NCBI GenBank assembly: GCA_965113315.1
Contig: OZ220363.1
Origin: Podarcis vaucheri
Lineage: Eukaryota
Direction: 5' to 3' (one strand)
DNA length: 64,000 nucleotides
Position 1 is the first letter of the stretch; each line of letters opens with the position of its first letter. Shown here in pieces: positions 40,009-55,000 of the stretch. Position numbers and translations under genes: made by a program. The notes beneath the pieces are model-generated. The model worked only from the letters and a program-made list of their open reading frames with translations. It searched no databases and had not been told where the DNA came from.

Positions 40009-43000
40009 TCCAGACATTTTCTTCAGTGTGCTGTTTATTGTCATATATATCTAATGGAAAAATTATCTTGAAGCTAATATCTCATTTCCCCTTCACCCTC
40101 CTCCCACTTCCAGTATACATTCAAGTGTGGTCCAATACTCACGACAGAATGATGGTGTTCTCCATGATATGCACACTCCAAATTCACTACATGCTTGAGC
40201 ATACGCAGCTACAGCTGTACAGAAGCATTCACAATCTCCCCCCGTGTCACAAGCGCAGGAATCAGTTACACAAGCTTCGTAATATCTTGTTGGCTCAACC
40301 TGTTAAAACATTGAAGCATCAGCTATGGGTCCTGCTGACATTTCCTAAGTTTGTTCCATGGGCGATAGTATGATTGAGAAGTTGTTGGTAATATCCCCAC
40401 CCCCTGGGTTTGCAATTGCTTTCATAGATTGTTGGCTAGTGTGCAAAAGATCCAAAGGGCCAAACTAAATATGAGGTCTGAATGCATCTTTGCATTTAAT
40501 GTGTAAACAGTAATTATCAGCCCCTCCACCACACCAGCTGATTCTATTTACAGTGGTACCTCGGGTTAAGTACTTAATTCATTCTGGAGATCCGTTCTTA
40601 ACCTGAAACTGTTCTTAACCTGAAGCACCACTTTAGCTAATGGGGCCTCTTGCTGCTACCACGCCGCCGGAGCCCGATTTCTGGTCTTATCCTGAAGCAA
40701 AGTTCTTAACCTGAAGCACTATTTCTGGGTTAGCGGAGTGTGTAACCTGAAGCGTATGTAACCCGAGGTACCACTGTACATTAAATATTTGCATACAGCG
40801 TAACAAAAACTAAAACATAAGGAACGTAAGAAATTCAAAGTCAGCGAGAAGTTCACATCTAAAATGTCTATCCATGAAAAGTGTCCTTTCAGGGAGTGCT
40901 AGTTGCATTTTAAAAAATACCCCCAAAACCTTAAGGTGCAATGGGAAGGCACATTTAACATCCTTTCACACTTTGCTCTAAGTGGTGAAGATAGAGGCTC
41001 GGATCCAGAGTGTTCATACAGAAGACTGTACACCGACTGGTGTGCTCATGCAACTTGCTGAAGAATATGAGCACTGCTCATTCAGGCAGCGTGGATCACC
41101 TCTTGGAGAGAGGAGGGGAGGGGAAGGGGTATCCAGACTGACTCCCATACCCACTCTTTCCCCCCAAAAGACTGCACAGACCTGGAACTGCCCTCCCATT
41201 ATCTTTTTGCATTGGCACAAATACAGGCCTGTAAGCAAAATTCGATTTATGCACATGTATCTTGCCTGCTGTATTGGGGTGGTAAAAGTTCCATAGTTGA
41301 ATATTCACATCAAGAATTGATTAGCAAAAGAAGGCAATAAATTGGGGAGAAGAGTCGGTGGAAGAAGATTGGAAGAAATTTAAAGACTATTTACAGAAAT
41401 ATTGCAAAGTTAATGAATGTTAGAATGATGTCAGAATGAAGTTAAGTGGTTTAAGCAGCAATGTTTTAAAGGTGTATGAAAAATGGATTAATAACAGGTG
41501 AGAACTCAAAGTTATATTAAGTTAAAGGATTAAGATAAAAATAAAGAGGGGAAAAAACTGCTGAATTAACTAACTGAACTGGAATACAAAAAGGGAGGTG
41601 TGAGGAGGTCAGGGAAGTAAGGATATGAATATATGATATGGAAAGATTGATGTTTTTTTTCTTTTTTAAATGTTTTTTATCTTTTTCTGTATTTTGTATT
41701 TTTCTTTTTTCCCCTTTTTTATTTCTATTGTTGTCTTTTCGTCTATTTTTTTTTTTACTTATGTAACTTTTTTCCTTTGAAAACTTAATAAATATAATTT
41801 TTAAAAAAGAAGGCAATAAATTGGGTCATAACAGTCAGTTAGGGACTTCCCTTTAAAACAGGAAGAAAAGATATCAGCATAAGCTAATTTTCTGAATGGT
41901 CTGTCTTGACTTAGCCTGAATTCTTCTTATTAGTATTTTTCTAAATGGCTTCTTCACAATCCAAAGCATTAGAAACAGGATCTAGTGATAAACATTTACA
42001 CTGAACACACTCCAAAATCTAGAATATGACAGCAGTGGGACACATAGTAGAGGGTTGTTAAAGGCACTACTTAAAGGTGCTGCTAGACAGTCTTCAGAGT
42101 TGGTGACATCCTGTAGGGTGTTACGTGCCTTCTGTAATGGACTGTTGAAATCCATGAAACCACCACATGTATAATTATAGACTTGTAATTGCTCAGGAAT
42201 TGTGGTGAACACCTGAAAAATTCTAGACTTCAAGATAGTTCTGCCGCAAGGTATACCTGAGAGTGGCAGGCAGCAAAGGCCTTGCTGTTGATGATGCTGC
42301 ATTGCTTCTGTGCCCAGGACTTCCTGTAAGGGTTCTTGAAGCAAGGATCCTTTGTGCATTTGGCTTCAGGACATGTGGGAGACACCTTCCAACTATTACC
42401 AAACTCCAGCACATCACTTACTACAGACTGACTCCGGGTAGTGAAGTCATTCATTCCATTGCCATCATAGTTCCCACATAAACCACAGACCTGACCCTGC
42501 ACAAAGAAGCAATGAAAACACTTGAGTTACAGATAAATTGCATGAACCTCTTAGCCCAACTTAATTTTTTATTTTCTCCCATTTGGTTAATTAACACGCT
42601 GCCATCTCTTATTACAGGAAACTATCATTATTTGTTGCATTTAGAAAACACAAGCCATGTGTGCCTAGAGGTAAGAGATTTGTTTTTTCTTTCCTTCCTA
42701 TGAAGATTATTTTGCATTTGTTCAAAAATACACAAAAAGAAAGAATTTTATATTGTGTTCGATTTCTCAGTTATTGTTAATCTACAAGTTATTGTCTATT
42801 CATAACTTCATAACTTCTCCATCTTATTGCCATATGCTGATCAAAAGGGCAGCAGACATATATTGAAAATATACTGCATTGGTATAAAATTCATTGAAAT
42901 GTTCAAACATTGCTCATATTTTGAAATGATAACAGAACTATTATATTTGGTCTCCTTATCAAAACATGGTGTTTTCTGGGTCAGTTAAAAAGTAGATGCT

Positions 43001-46000
43001 TGCAAGGTAAGATTGCAAACAGATACTCATCTAAATCAGAATCATATACCTGTTTACTAATGGTACTTTATACAATATGGATGTCAAGCAGAGGCTGTTT
43101 GCAACTTCTTCCATGCGGCAGCAGCTCCCTGTGGAATAGCCCTGTTTGTTTGATATGCCCCATGTCATCTTCAAATAATCCCGGTGGAGGCAGTTACATG
43201 AAAGCCAGTCATGTCAGGAACCAATATATACCAAAGAGACAAGGCATATGAAGTAGTTTCCCTTATGAACCATCCTTTTTGCAGAGGCTATTTCAGAGGA
43301 CCTCCCCATGGTTTCTGTCTTGAAAATCAGCTCTTAAGGTGTGACTCTAAGCACACTTACAATTGAAATAATTGTTATGGAAATGAGTGGGATTTGCATC
43401 TAAATTATGCACATTTAAACTTAAAATGTAAGAGGCACTATTCTTGTAAAAAGTGCATCACCTTGAAATCATCACGTAATTTGATAAATACGCTGGTTTT
43501 CTTATCCCATAAAAGGATCAGCCCATTGTTTGCTTCAATAACCAAATACATGCCCATGTAGCGAATCTTGTAAGGTACTTGGCCTCCATCACCCCTTTGT
43601 ATTAATTCATGGCGCTCCTCACTGAGGATCAGATCATAGTTCTGGGGGAGCAAAATAAATAATGGGGGAAAGTCATTACAATGTTCAAAAACAAAAACCG
43701 GAGTTCATCATCCATCAACCCTACGTATAATGTGTTGCAGAAAATTCAGGCAGGGAGACTGTTGGGCAGTGAGGTGGGTGGTAAGCCAGAACTCCTAATC
43801 TGTCCTGGTTGCCCAGTGCCAGGATCACACACTCTAGATGCCACCCACCTCCAACTGCTCAGAAAGCCGAGAGAGAGAGAATTTCTACAGACCAGAGCAA
43901 CTTCCCCTCAGCGACCCTCAAGTCTGCCCTGATGCTGCACCAAGTACTGGTGTGTGAGAGTCCAACTCCACCCTGCTCACCCACCTAGGTCTCAGTGATG
44001 CAGAACAGATTGGCCTCCTCATTCATAATCAGACCAGGGATGAGGAAGGTCTTGTTCAGAGCTGACCTGGCATTCAGCAATAGTGCCTGCAGAATCGAGG
44101 GCTGGCTGATATGACAACCACAATTACCCAGGTTGGAGAAGGGGCTGGCACATGGCACAGTCACTAACTGCCTGTGACATGTGCCCCTTACCCGGTCTGC
44201 CCCGCCTCCCACATTATACCTTGCCCGTATCCTGAACCACTCTGATTGGGGCACTCCTCAATCTCCTCTATTTTCAAACGCATCTCCCCTTACTCAGTAA
44301 AAACAAACAAACAACAACAAACCACACAAATTAAAAACAGTTAAAACAATTGTAGCAGTGGCCTTATCTGTGCTGCTCTCAACTGCTGGTGCTGGCTTTG
44401 CCTGAAGGTGAGAGGCTCAGTAGGTGCAAGACTAGCAGGAGGGAGGGGGGGCTGTAGGTGGTGAGAGGATAGAAGTCTCTTCTCCTGCCCTCACTTTCTC
44501 TTTCCAGTTCACCTCCTTGCCTCACTTAGTTGCTTGTTTGGAACCTAGTATGCAGATTAAATCATCTCATGCTAAACCCTGATACGGTTCCCTAATAGTA
44601 CTGGTAACGCTACTCACCCCAAAGAAGACTTTAATAGATTTTGAGCAAGTGGTTCCAGTAGTACCACAGGGAACATTTTCGGTGATGACTCGGAATGTTC
44701 CGGGGGCAGAGTTGTTCTGTCCACAGTGATCCTAAGAAGGGGAGGGTGAAATAAGGGAAGAGATGACTTCATTCTGTGGTGTATTCAGCTTAATTCTCCA
44801 TTCATAAGGCCAAGACAAATTGCTCAGTACCTGAACTAGTGTATATTCACATTTCCCATTGAAAATGTAACGCTTGTCGTCAAAGGTGATATAATGCCCA
44901 TCTCCATAAACAGCACAGGTACCTAGGCATCTGTCCTTGGTGCATTCCCACATCCTGTTCTTACATACGCTGAGGGAGAAGAAGGGAGAAAACAGAGCAT
45001 TTTAAAGTGATTCCTTGGTTTGCACAGATATAAGCTGGCATGTATTCCTTTAACACAGGCTTAAATGACTTCTCTCTTAAATTAATCATAGGCAATGTGT
45101 GGAGAGGGGAGGGGAGAGCAAGGGAAGCTGCGTTATTTCTTACAACCTGTAAAACATCAGAAAGATGGGAATTAAAAGAAATGAGCTATGTAAGTTCTTT
45201 CACAGGCCACTCATGAACGTTACAAGTTCACTGTACCATATTGTGGACTAGCCTCAGGGGAGCCTAAGAAGAGTCTGCTGGATGAGGCCAATGGCCCCTC
45301 CTGCCCAGCATCTGTTCTCACAATGGCCAAGCAGGTGCCTTATAAAAGCCCAGACCTCCCTTAGAACACTTTCCTGATTTGTTCAGAAATAAGCAAGATG
45401 TATGGGTGTGACTGTGTGTATAATGTATCATTGTGCTAATGAGGATATGAAGTTCCTCCTATCCAGCTGTATTTGGTTACTTGGCTCATTCACCCCCACA
45501 TCAGCCCGTCAATGCACAAAAGTTACCATCAGAAGCTTTCTTCTAGGTGTGCCCACAGACTTGGGGTGTGGCAGGGGGTGACCAGGAAGGAAGCTTGTTC
45601 AGTGGTCACAGCCCATCTAAGGAACAGCCAGAGTGGTTTAGCTGGTGCCCATGCTACTATGTTTCTTTGGCAACAGATGAGGGCCACTTTGTTGTCTATG
45701 GCCTTTTAACGAACTTTAAAGTCTGAATTGACTGTTTTTAATTATGCTTTTATCTGCTGCCTTTCATGATGTTGTTTGTTGTATGTGGATTTTACATAAG
45801 TCACCCTGGAAAATTTAATTTGACAAATAGAATACACATTTATTAATAAAAAAATGTCATAGCCACATAATATTTTTAGGTATTTCTTTCTTTAGTTATT
45901 TATAGTATACATAGGTGTACATTAGAGAGTAAACTCTGGTGTACATGCATAATACGTGAAATGACCCTATGTATATCTGCCCACCTGTTATTCAACCTGA

Positions 46001-49000
46001 TAATTATTTATATTTTTGTGTTGGTTATTTTAGGAACATATAAGTTGATGGTAACAAGAGGCATTTTCTTTAAGAAGTCCTTACCAGGTGTTACAGTTGA
46101 CTTTAATCTTCTCTCCTGGTTGATATGTGGCATCATTGTGAATGCATGGACACTCTTCCATAGCGATGCAGCCCCCTTTACCATCTGACACCAGCCCAGC
46201 AGGGCACATGCAGCCAGAGACACACTGTGTGCTATACTGTAAAAGCCAAGAAAGCATTACTTCAGAAGAGAGAATAATGCTGATAACAATTGAATTAGTC
46301 CACTAAAACAGCACTGGATCAAAAGACTGTAGGCTGTGGGAATTCAAGTGGGTGAAAGCCTATGCTTGTTAAATTGTGAACTGACACAGCTCTTGTGCAT
46401 ACCCAGGAGCCCCAATTTGCAAGGTGGTCTCCAGTGTAAACATTAAGGTTTGAATGAGCAGTGGCTGGTCCACTTAACTTTGATGCTGGTGCATGTGAAG
46501 ACTGTTCCTTCCCTGACACTAAAGAGAATGGAAGATCCCATGCTTATCCCCTGCTTTTTTTGTAAACCACTTGTAGGTGGATGTGGGTGTGTTTAATTTA
46601 GTGGTATGTATATTTAATGAAATAAGTAAGAAATTATGCAAAGTTCCAATATATGCATTATAATCCTGCAGCTCAGGGATAGAGAATGTTTTCAGTCTGA
46701 GGTCCACCTTTCTTGTTGACAACCTTCCAGGATTTTCATGCCAGTGGTAGGTTGGGTCAGAGGTAAATGTGAATGGAGCAACAGATGTAACCCTAACCTT
46801 ATGTACAGTAGTCTACATTCTGATCATGCAAAAGGCAGAGGTTCACACACTTCTCCATCTTCCATCCTTCATCCAGACAAGCAATAGGCATTTGTCACAG
46901 TTCAAAACACATTCCAAACAAAAGCAAGGCAAAAGCACTTGAGGACACAAAGCAGGACCAGGGAGGGGAATGGGCTGAAAAGAGGCCTGAGGATACGGAG
47001 GCTGGGAGGGCTCTGTTCAGCTAACATCCTGAGATCCCTCACGCCCTACTCTAGATGGGGAAGAGGGTGAGGACAGGAGAGTGCCTTGTCTAAGGTCAGA
47101 TAATAAGCTTGTGACAAAAGCAAAGGACATTCTGATTGATAGCACAGTCTCTTAAAATATCATCCGGTCCTGCATACTTACACAGTGCATATCAAGAGTC
47201 TGACAGCTTTTCTGGCATTCAGCTCCAGTTTGGCCTGCAGTGGCATTTCTGCAGTTAAAGTAGACCATGGGGGCAACACAGACTAGCAGGGCAAAAAGAG
47301 AGAGAAAATGTGTAAGAGATGAAAGGACAGGCATGGGTACCACAGAACAGGAAGACCTCAAACAAACCTTTTGAACAGAAGTCTACTATGGTTTGTGGAA
47401 CTATTATATACGTAATTAACTATGAAGCCCGTATTAACTTGAAACTTTTAATGAATATGGTTTTCCAGTGAATATTTAATAATTGTGCCCAGTTGTCAAT
47501 TTGTAGCCATCTACAATATAAAAGGCTTTTAACAAAATAAGGAACACAGCCCAATTGTCTGCAACTTTCCAAGATGGAAAGTAAGTATATATAACATATT
47601 TTACATATATAGGTATATTCTCCTTACCCTGTTTTGTGTCCCCATCACCAATGCAGTTCAACTTTCCTTGGCTGCATGTGCTATGTAAAAGAAAGAGGAA
47701 TTAGGTTTCCTTTTGCATTCACTTTCTGGTTGTGCTTAAAACTTGGAGCCTTCAAGTTGTGAGTCTGTAGTTGTGCCCGATACAGAGTAGAGCAGTTGGG
47801 TTTACTCCAGAAATACCGGTGATTTAGGGATATTTAGAATCTGAAATTGAATCCCCGCGGCGGGGTGCGCTCCCGTCGTTCGGTCCCAGCGCCTGCCAAC
47901 CTAGCAGTTCGAAAGCTCCCCCGGGTGCAAGTAGATAAATAGGGACCGCTTACCAGCAGGAAGGTAAACGGCGTTCTGTGTGCTGCGCTGGCTCGCCAGA
48001 TGCAGCTTGTCACGCTGGCTACATGACCTGGAAGTGTCTGCGGACAGCGCTGGCTCCTGGCCTATTGAGTAAGGTGAGCGCACAACCCTAGAGTCTGTCA
48101 AGACTGGCCCGTACGGGCAGGGGTACCTTTACCTTTACCTTTTTTAGAATCTGAAAATGGGACCATACAGGTCACTAATTTGGATGTTTTTCCAAATTCT
48201 GTTGCTCTTTATGTATTTAGGCATTTTGGTCTATTTACTTATAAGATATGGAGGGGAAATTAGTTAGGTAGCGATAAAAGAATCTGGGACAAAATGCAAT
48301 CATTCCAGATACCGGCACTACTTAGTCATGTATTCTGATAATGCTAGAAGAGCTTTGCCATGAGTTGTAGTCCCTAACATTTGGAGGGCACCAGGTTGGT
48401 GAAGGCTGTACTAAAAAGTTAAAGGCAGCAGCTTGAATCCTCTTACCACAAAACACCAACGTCATGGAGCACTTCACCGGAGAGTATTGACGATCCTTTG
48501 TAATAGCATGGGCATTTGTTAGCAGGTACACATTTTCCATAATCATCCATGTAGGTTCCACTTTCACAGGTGCATCCATCAACTGGGACAAATTTGACAT
48601 TGCAGGTAACATCAGGTTCACTCAGAGATCGGCAGGTAGGTTGACAAGAACTGATGGAATAGCTGTAATTCAGGGATTTGGGGCATGAAGTGGTGTATCT
48701 GGCTGGAAAGAGAAAAAACAAACAGCTTGATTAATTGATTGATTGACTGAAAGCTTTTCTGTGACCTGCCTTTTCGTCCTAAGACACAGACATACACACA
48801 GTAGTTTACAAAAAAAGAATTAAAAAATAATAAGTTAAATTACTAAAAGAAGAATACATGTGGTTATATAGATAGCTAAATGCCCGCTGAAACAGAAGCC
48901 AGGCAGACCTTCAGGAGGGCCTTTCATAGTGAGGGTGCCACAACTAAAAATGCTCTGTCCCTAGTACCTATCTGCCACAGAGCATCAAGGAGACACAGAG

Positions 49001-52000
49001 CAGAACCTGCAAGGGCAGGTTCTTATGGGTGAGGGCAATCCTTTAGGTATCCAGGTCCCAGACTATGAATTTAATGGTTAAGACCAGTACTTGGAATTGA
49101 GACCAGAAGCAGATAGCCAGTGAAATTAGAGTAGTATTAGTGATGTGTTCTATACATTCATCTCAGATAGTAGTGTGGCTGCTGCATTGTGAAATCTGCA
49201 GCTCCCGGATGCTTTTGGAAGGCATCTCCACATAGAGTGCATTGCTGAAACCTAGCCTGGATAAAATCAAGGCATGAATGTCCATGACTAGATCCATCTT
49301 TTTTATTTTTATTTTTAAAAATGGGATTTTTTTTGGGGGGGGGGATGCGTCCTGAAGTCTATTACTCCAGACCATCACTAAGAGAACCCAGCAAGACAAG
49401 GAAAATGCTAAGATTCATTGGCACAAAAAGTTATTTCATTTTAAGACCCGAGACGGCTGTTTAGAAGACTTACAACAGACATTGGTCCTCCATCCTGGAA
49501 GCTCTACTTTTTCAGCTGCACAGGCTCTAACATAGGAAGAGAGGGCAGCACACATGCAATCCTCACTTCTTTCACAGTTGCAGGTGTCAAACATGCAATT
49601 CTAGAGAACAGGAAAATGCTCTTATTAAAAACAATCCATTCCAAGTCAATAATCCTTTTCCTACCGTTTCTCAATTTGACTAGATTAGATTTCACTTGTA
49701 ACTTTTTTTCAAACTAACATATCCCATTCAGTGTCATCTCTCATCCTTTAGCAGGCAGGGGCTCGATGTACTTGGCATCAGCAGTAGAATTGTATCATGT
49801 GCCTTCAGGCCATTTTAGCGATACAACAATTGCTGACCCAAATTGGATTTTCAGTTCTGAGTTTCACTATTGTCAGTCTTACATTTTGGTTCATAACTGG
49901 AAAGGGAAATCAACATTACTTGCAAGCAACTCAGGATTATAAGCATTATGCTTCAAATCAAAATGAAGTATCATGTGGCGTGTATGTGAATAAAAGGGGG
50001 AAATATTTATCTATATTTAGATCCAGGAGATGACGGAAGTATTCCTACTCAGACTAGACCCATTGAAATTAATGAACCCAAGTTACTTATGGCCATTAAC
50101 TTCTGTGGGTCTACTTTGAGTAGGACTATCACAGAATACTTGGGACGCGGGTGGCACTGTCGGTTAAACCACAGAGCCTAGGACTTGCTGATCAGAAGGT
50201 CAGTGGTTTGAATCCCCATGATGGGGTGGGCTCCCGTTACTCGGTCCCTGCTCCTGCCCACCTAGCAGTTCGAAAGCATGTCAAAGTGCAAGTAGATAAA
50301 TAGGTACTGCTCCAGGGGGAAGGTAAGCGGCATTTCCGTGCACTGCTCTGGTTCGCCAGAAGCAGCTTAGTCATGCTGGCCACATGACCCGGAAGCTGTA
50401 CGCCGGCTCCCTCGGCCAATAAAGCGAGATGAGCGCCACAACCCCAGAGTCGGTCATGACTGGACCTAATGGTCAGGGGTCCCTTTACCTTTACCTATCA
50501 CAGAATACTACTCATTGAGTTCAGACATTCATCTGAAACAGAAATCTTAAAGCCAGTGAGCTCATACATGTGCAACACTAGATTTCTCATCAGTTGATGA
50601 TACAGAGGAGAATATGTGAACTGACTCTTTTGAAAAGTTTATGTGTGGTGATATGGAATGGCATGAAAACATTGTCTGTGGTACAGTGATACCTCGGGTT
50701 AAGAACTTAATTCGTTCTAGAGGTCTATTCTTAACCTGAAACTGTTCTTAACCTTAAGCACCACTTTGGCTAATGGAGCCTCCTGCTGCCGCTGCGCCGC
50801 CAGAGCACAATTTCTGTTGAAGCAAAGTTCTTAACCCGAGGTAATATTTCTGGATTAGCGGAGTCTGTAACCTGAAGTGTATGTAACCCGAGGAACCACT
50901 GTATTTGATTTGTGATGGCCCATTCAGCGGCATAGCTAGCCGCTTGGGTGCTGGGTGCGGCATGCACGTCCTGCAGCTGGGGGGGTGGGACAAGCCACCC
51001 ATGGGGGCGGAGTGGGCTTTATGGAGCCTCTCTGCCATCTTCCCCTCAGCTGTAGGATGGCTGAGGGAGAGGCAGAGGGCAGATGCAAGTCCTACGCTGC
51101 CGTTTCAGGCAGCACAGAGCCTGCAGGCGCCCAAGCCACCACGTCACTCCCAGGAGAGACACGCTGCAGGCCCCGTGGTAGGTGCCGGCCCCCGTGGTGT
51201 AGCGCCCAGTGCCAGCCGCGTTTCGTTACGTTTGTTGACTGAACTAAAAAGTTTCATGAGCCCAATTTATTTTTTTAAAACTCATATTTTTGTCATTATG
51301 CCACCCCCCTCAGTGATGACACCTGGGGAGGCCTACACCCCCGCACCCCCTTCCTCCGCCACTGGGCCAATTTACTCATGGAATCAGCATTTGATACTGT
51401 AGTCATCAAGTGATGGGCATGCACTTGTGAACTAGTCCTTTAAACTCTCCTATGCCTTCTAGTCAAATCCTGACTGGCTTTTCTCCCAGCCTTCAGAACA
51501 TCCAGACGCTCTATTGAAATTCTTTCACATCGTCTTCACTCCTGGACATTCTGTTTATGCTCAGCATTTCACTGTCTCAGCATGGCCTATGTTAACTGCC
51601 CAGCACTCAGCTCCCCTACTCCCTTGTCAGTTTCACCCTCTCCAGTTGTTGATTTCTGCTTTTCTCTGTGAAATGACATATCTTGCTTCATCCCTGAAAC
51701 ATGTGATGGTATGGCTTGGATCCTATACTGATGACACCTTCCATTTAGTCCCACCCATTTGGTCTTGTCCCACCATTATGTTTCCTTATAGATTAGTGGT
51801 AACCAACATGGTGCCCTCCAGATGTTTATGACTACAATTCCCACCAGTCCCAGCTAGCATGGCCAATTGTCATGGACAGTGGGAGTTGCAGTCCAAAATA
51901 TCTGTAGGACACCAGGTTGCCTACCCCAACCAAAGATACTTTTCAACTTCCTCCAATAAACTGTTTTCAGTGAGAGGTAACAGATAACTTCCTACCGTAT

Positions 52001-55000
52001 GATAAGAAGCTGGATTAACTGAGGCATGACATTTAGCAAAAGGTCCTTCCGAGTCAGTCAGCAATCCACACCAATGCCGGGCATATTTTTCTACAAAGAG
52101 AAGAAATTAATCCATATCGTTTTGGGAATTTCTATAGGTGCAAATGGCAGCTTTTAGCTCAACTCACATCACTGACTCTAGACAGGATATCCTGGTGCTG
52201 CTACAATGCTTGTTCTACTCACTGCTGTTCACTCATTGCTGAACCTCCTGAAGCCATGGACTGAGGAAGGAAATGATCTAAATCTTGAAGATGTGCATGC
52301 TACAGATACCCAATATACCCAATTATGCCTAGGGCTGTTAGTTTATAGACTACTTGCAAAACTTACAAGCCACAGTCTAAAAAAGAGGTAGCCATGTGTA
52401 CATCCACTTACCGTATTTCAATGGGGGGTGGCATACCTAACTTCCTCTGTTTAGATTGTGGCTACAGGATCTTGATTTGCAAGGTTTTATTGTTATTTAT
52501 TTCCCCTGATTTCCCCATTTATTAATATTTGTTTTCAGTCAGTTCTTCTAATTTGTTTATTTCTATTAATTTCCCCCACGAGCTAGGTAGAATTATAATT
52601 TTGAAGTGTTTGTGAGTCTTGCTTATAATTCTCAAATATGCCTACCATTTTCAATGCTAAGCGTGCAAGGGTCCTCAAAACTTTGTTTGATGTTGGGACA
52701 TGCAGCCTGAGTTTTCCAGGTGTTAGCAAATGCAGATGCTGTTCCTTCCACCACTCCACTTATGGCTGTGAAGTCATCCATCTGGCGCTTGTCAAAGTTT
52801 CCACAGAGACCTTTGAAAGAAACCCCAAAGAGTTTTATAGTCCAGTTTTATAATACTTTGCCCTCCAGGCATGCCACAAATTTCTTTTTGCTTTAAAATA
52901 CTTCTTACCACAAGTCCTTCCTTTGAAAGATGGATCCACATGAATATACAATTGCATTGTGGGTACGAGCTGGATTACTAGCTGAAGGCCAACGTTTGTA
53001 TGCACAATGATGAAGAAGGACGAAGGTCTGAATATGGTTACATTAGCTATGGACAAAGAAGACACCATTCTTATGAGATTCAGAGTTGCAACTGCCACCC
53101 ATTACTCAGGAAAAGAAGAACCAGATTTGTGAAGGCCAATTCATGCAAGCCAAGCACATTGGCATGTTGTGACTGTGGGCTGGATGGATGTGTGAAGGGT
53201 TTGATACAAGTTGAAACAGTTATATGTTTACTTTCAGATTGTGCCCAACCATCAGCCCAATCTACATTGGCCACCATATCATCGTTTGCCCCAGTTTTGT
53301 TGATGATTAAGTGGTATGAACTGAAACAATAATGTGGCATGTATGGCATGGATCTAACAAATCGTAACCATCAAAGGATGGGGGAATATGATAGAATAGT
53401 CTGGCACCAGAATGATAATAATGATGGCACCAGACATTTTTTAGAAGGCAGTCCCATAAATGGGGTACAAAAAAGGGCTTATTTCTGGCAGCCAACTCCT
53501 TAATCTCTGGACACCAGGTGAAAGACCTTTCACAAAATATATCTCAGCTAATAAGTAGTTTCCTATAGGAGGTGGCTGTCCTTCACATACTCTGGTCTCA
53601 GCTACAGAGGTAGCTTAGGACCTTGTAGTAAACAGCAGCAGTTTATATTCTCATTATGGAGAGTCCTGGTTAACAAACTTGCTATCTAATCTGGAAGTTC
53701 CTTTCAAAGGTTGCCTTACATACAATGCATTATATTATAGTAGCTGTGGTTGGATGTTATTAAAACATGGCTGATGGTAAGAGAATCCTTCATTTCCAGG
53801 GGAAACCTCTACATTAGTTGTGGAGAACATTTGGTCTTCCAAGTGTTGCTGAACTACAACTACAACTCTGCTATTGGCCATGCTTCTTGGGGCTGATGGG
53901 AGTAGTGGTCTAGCAACATTCAGAGGGCCACAGGTTCCTCACATCTGCTCTACACAAACCCAACTTTCTTTTCCCAGCAGAACTGGAAAAGGGAAAATAG
54001 TAACCCAATCAAACCTTGCTAGCTTGTGGAGTAACAAGCCCTTCTGCTGAGTTTGCCCCTAAGATTTCAAAACTTTTAAGGCTGCCATGGCAAACAGAAG
54101 TTTCTGACATGCAACATACCTGCTGAGAGAGGCAACTGAGTGTAGAGCGAGTTGACTAATACACCACCATTAGGACTGATCACAATGGTCTGGTGACAAA
54201 GAGAAAAGGAGTAATAATGAGTTTGGTGATAAATTACATCTTCTGTTTCTTCTAATAAGCTTTATGGGGGGGATAAAAACTATTACATGCAGGTCCTGCT
54301 ATCAGATAAGTGAAATTAGGGAGTGTTCAGCATTAATATAACCAATCTTGAATGGTTGATTTTGAGGCCGGACACTTTTTACATCTATCTATCTATCATC
54401 TATCATCTAATATGCATGTTAAAAAAGGCAAAGCTTTTGGCAGGTTGCCAACCATAAGAAGCATATTGTTCCTAAATAAGTTCAAAGGATGCTCCATCAA
54501 TCCAATCCCGATTCTTTCCATCTCTCTGTGCATTCATTACTGTGAACAGTAAGGGGCACAAATTACACCATAATTTCATAAACTGGTAAAATACAAAGAT
54601 GAAAGGTTCTGAACAATATGGTTGACAGTGTTGGCTTTTATGATTTGAAACCTCAACTGATTATCCCACCCCCATGCCCCATTCTTCCTCCTTTTCAAAT
54701 AGTTCTTTCAACGACATTCTTCGAAACCAATTTAAAACACATTTTGCAGTCATTCTCTAATTGAACTTTTGTGAGTACTAAGTCATTTTGCTTTTCATGG
54801 ACTAAATGCCTTTTCATAGCTGATTATTGTCATGGAAGAGCTCCTTTTCATGGTGGAGCTGGCATCCCAGCAGAGAGTCCTACTCACAAAAAAGAGTCAG
54901 GAGAGATGATTTCTACTACTTTCCCTAGCAGCTTCCTGTACTGCTTCCCATGTTCTTCTGAGAGGTCCTCCAACTCTCTGGAGTAGCTCCTTGGGTGTTG

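Noticed and set aside
41517-41816. Lys-rich 99-aa ORF
   Set aside because: Antisense reading of the T-rich L1 3' UTR.
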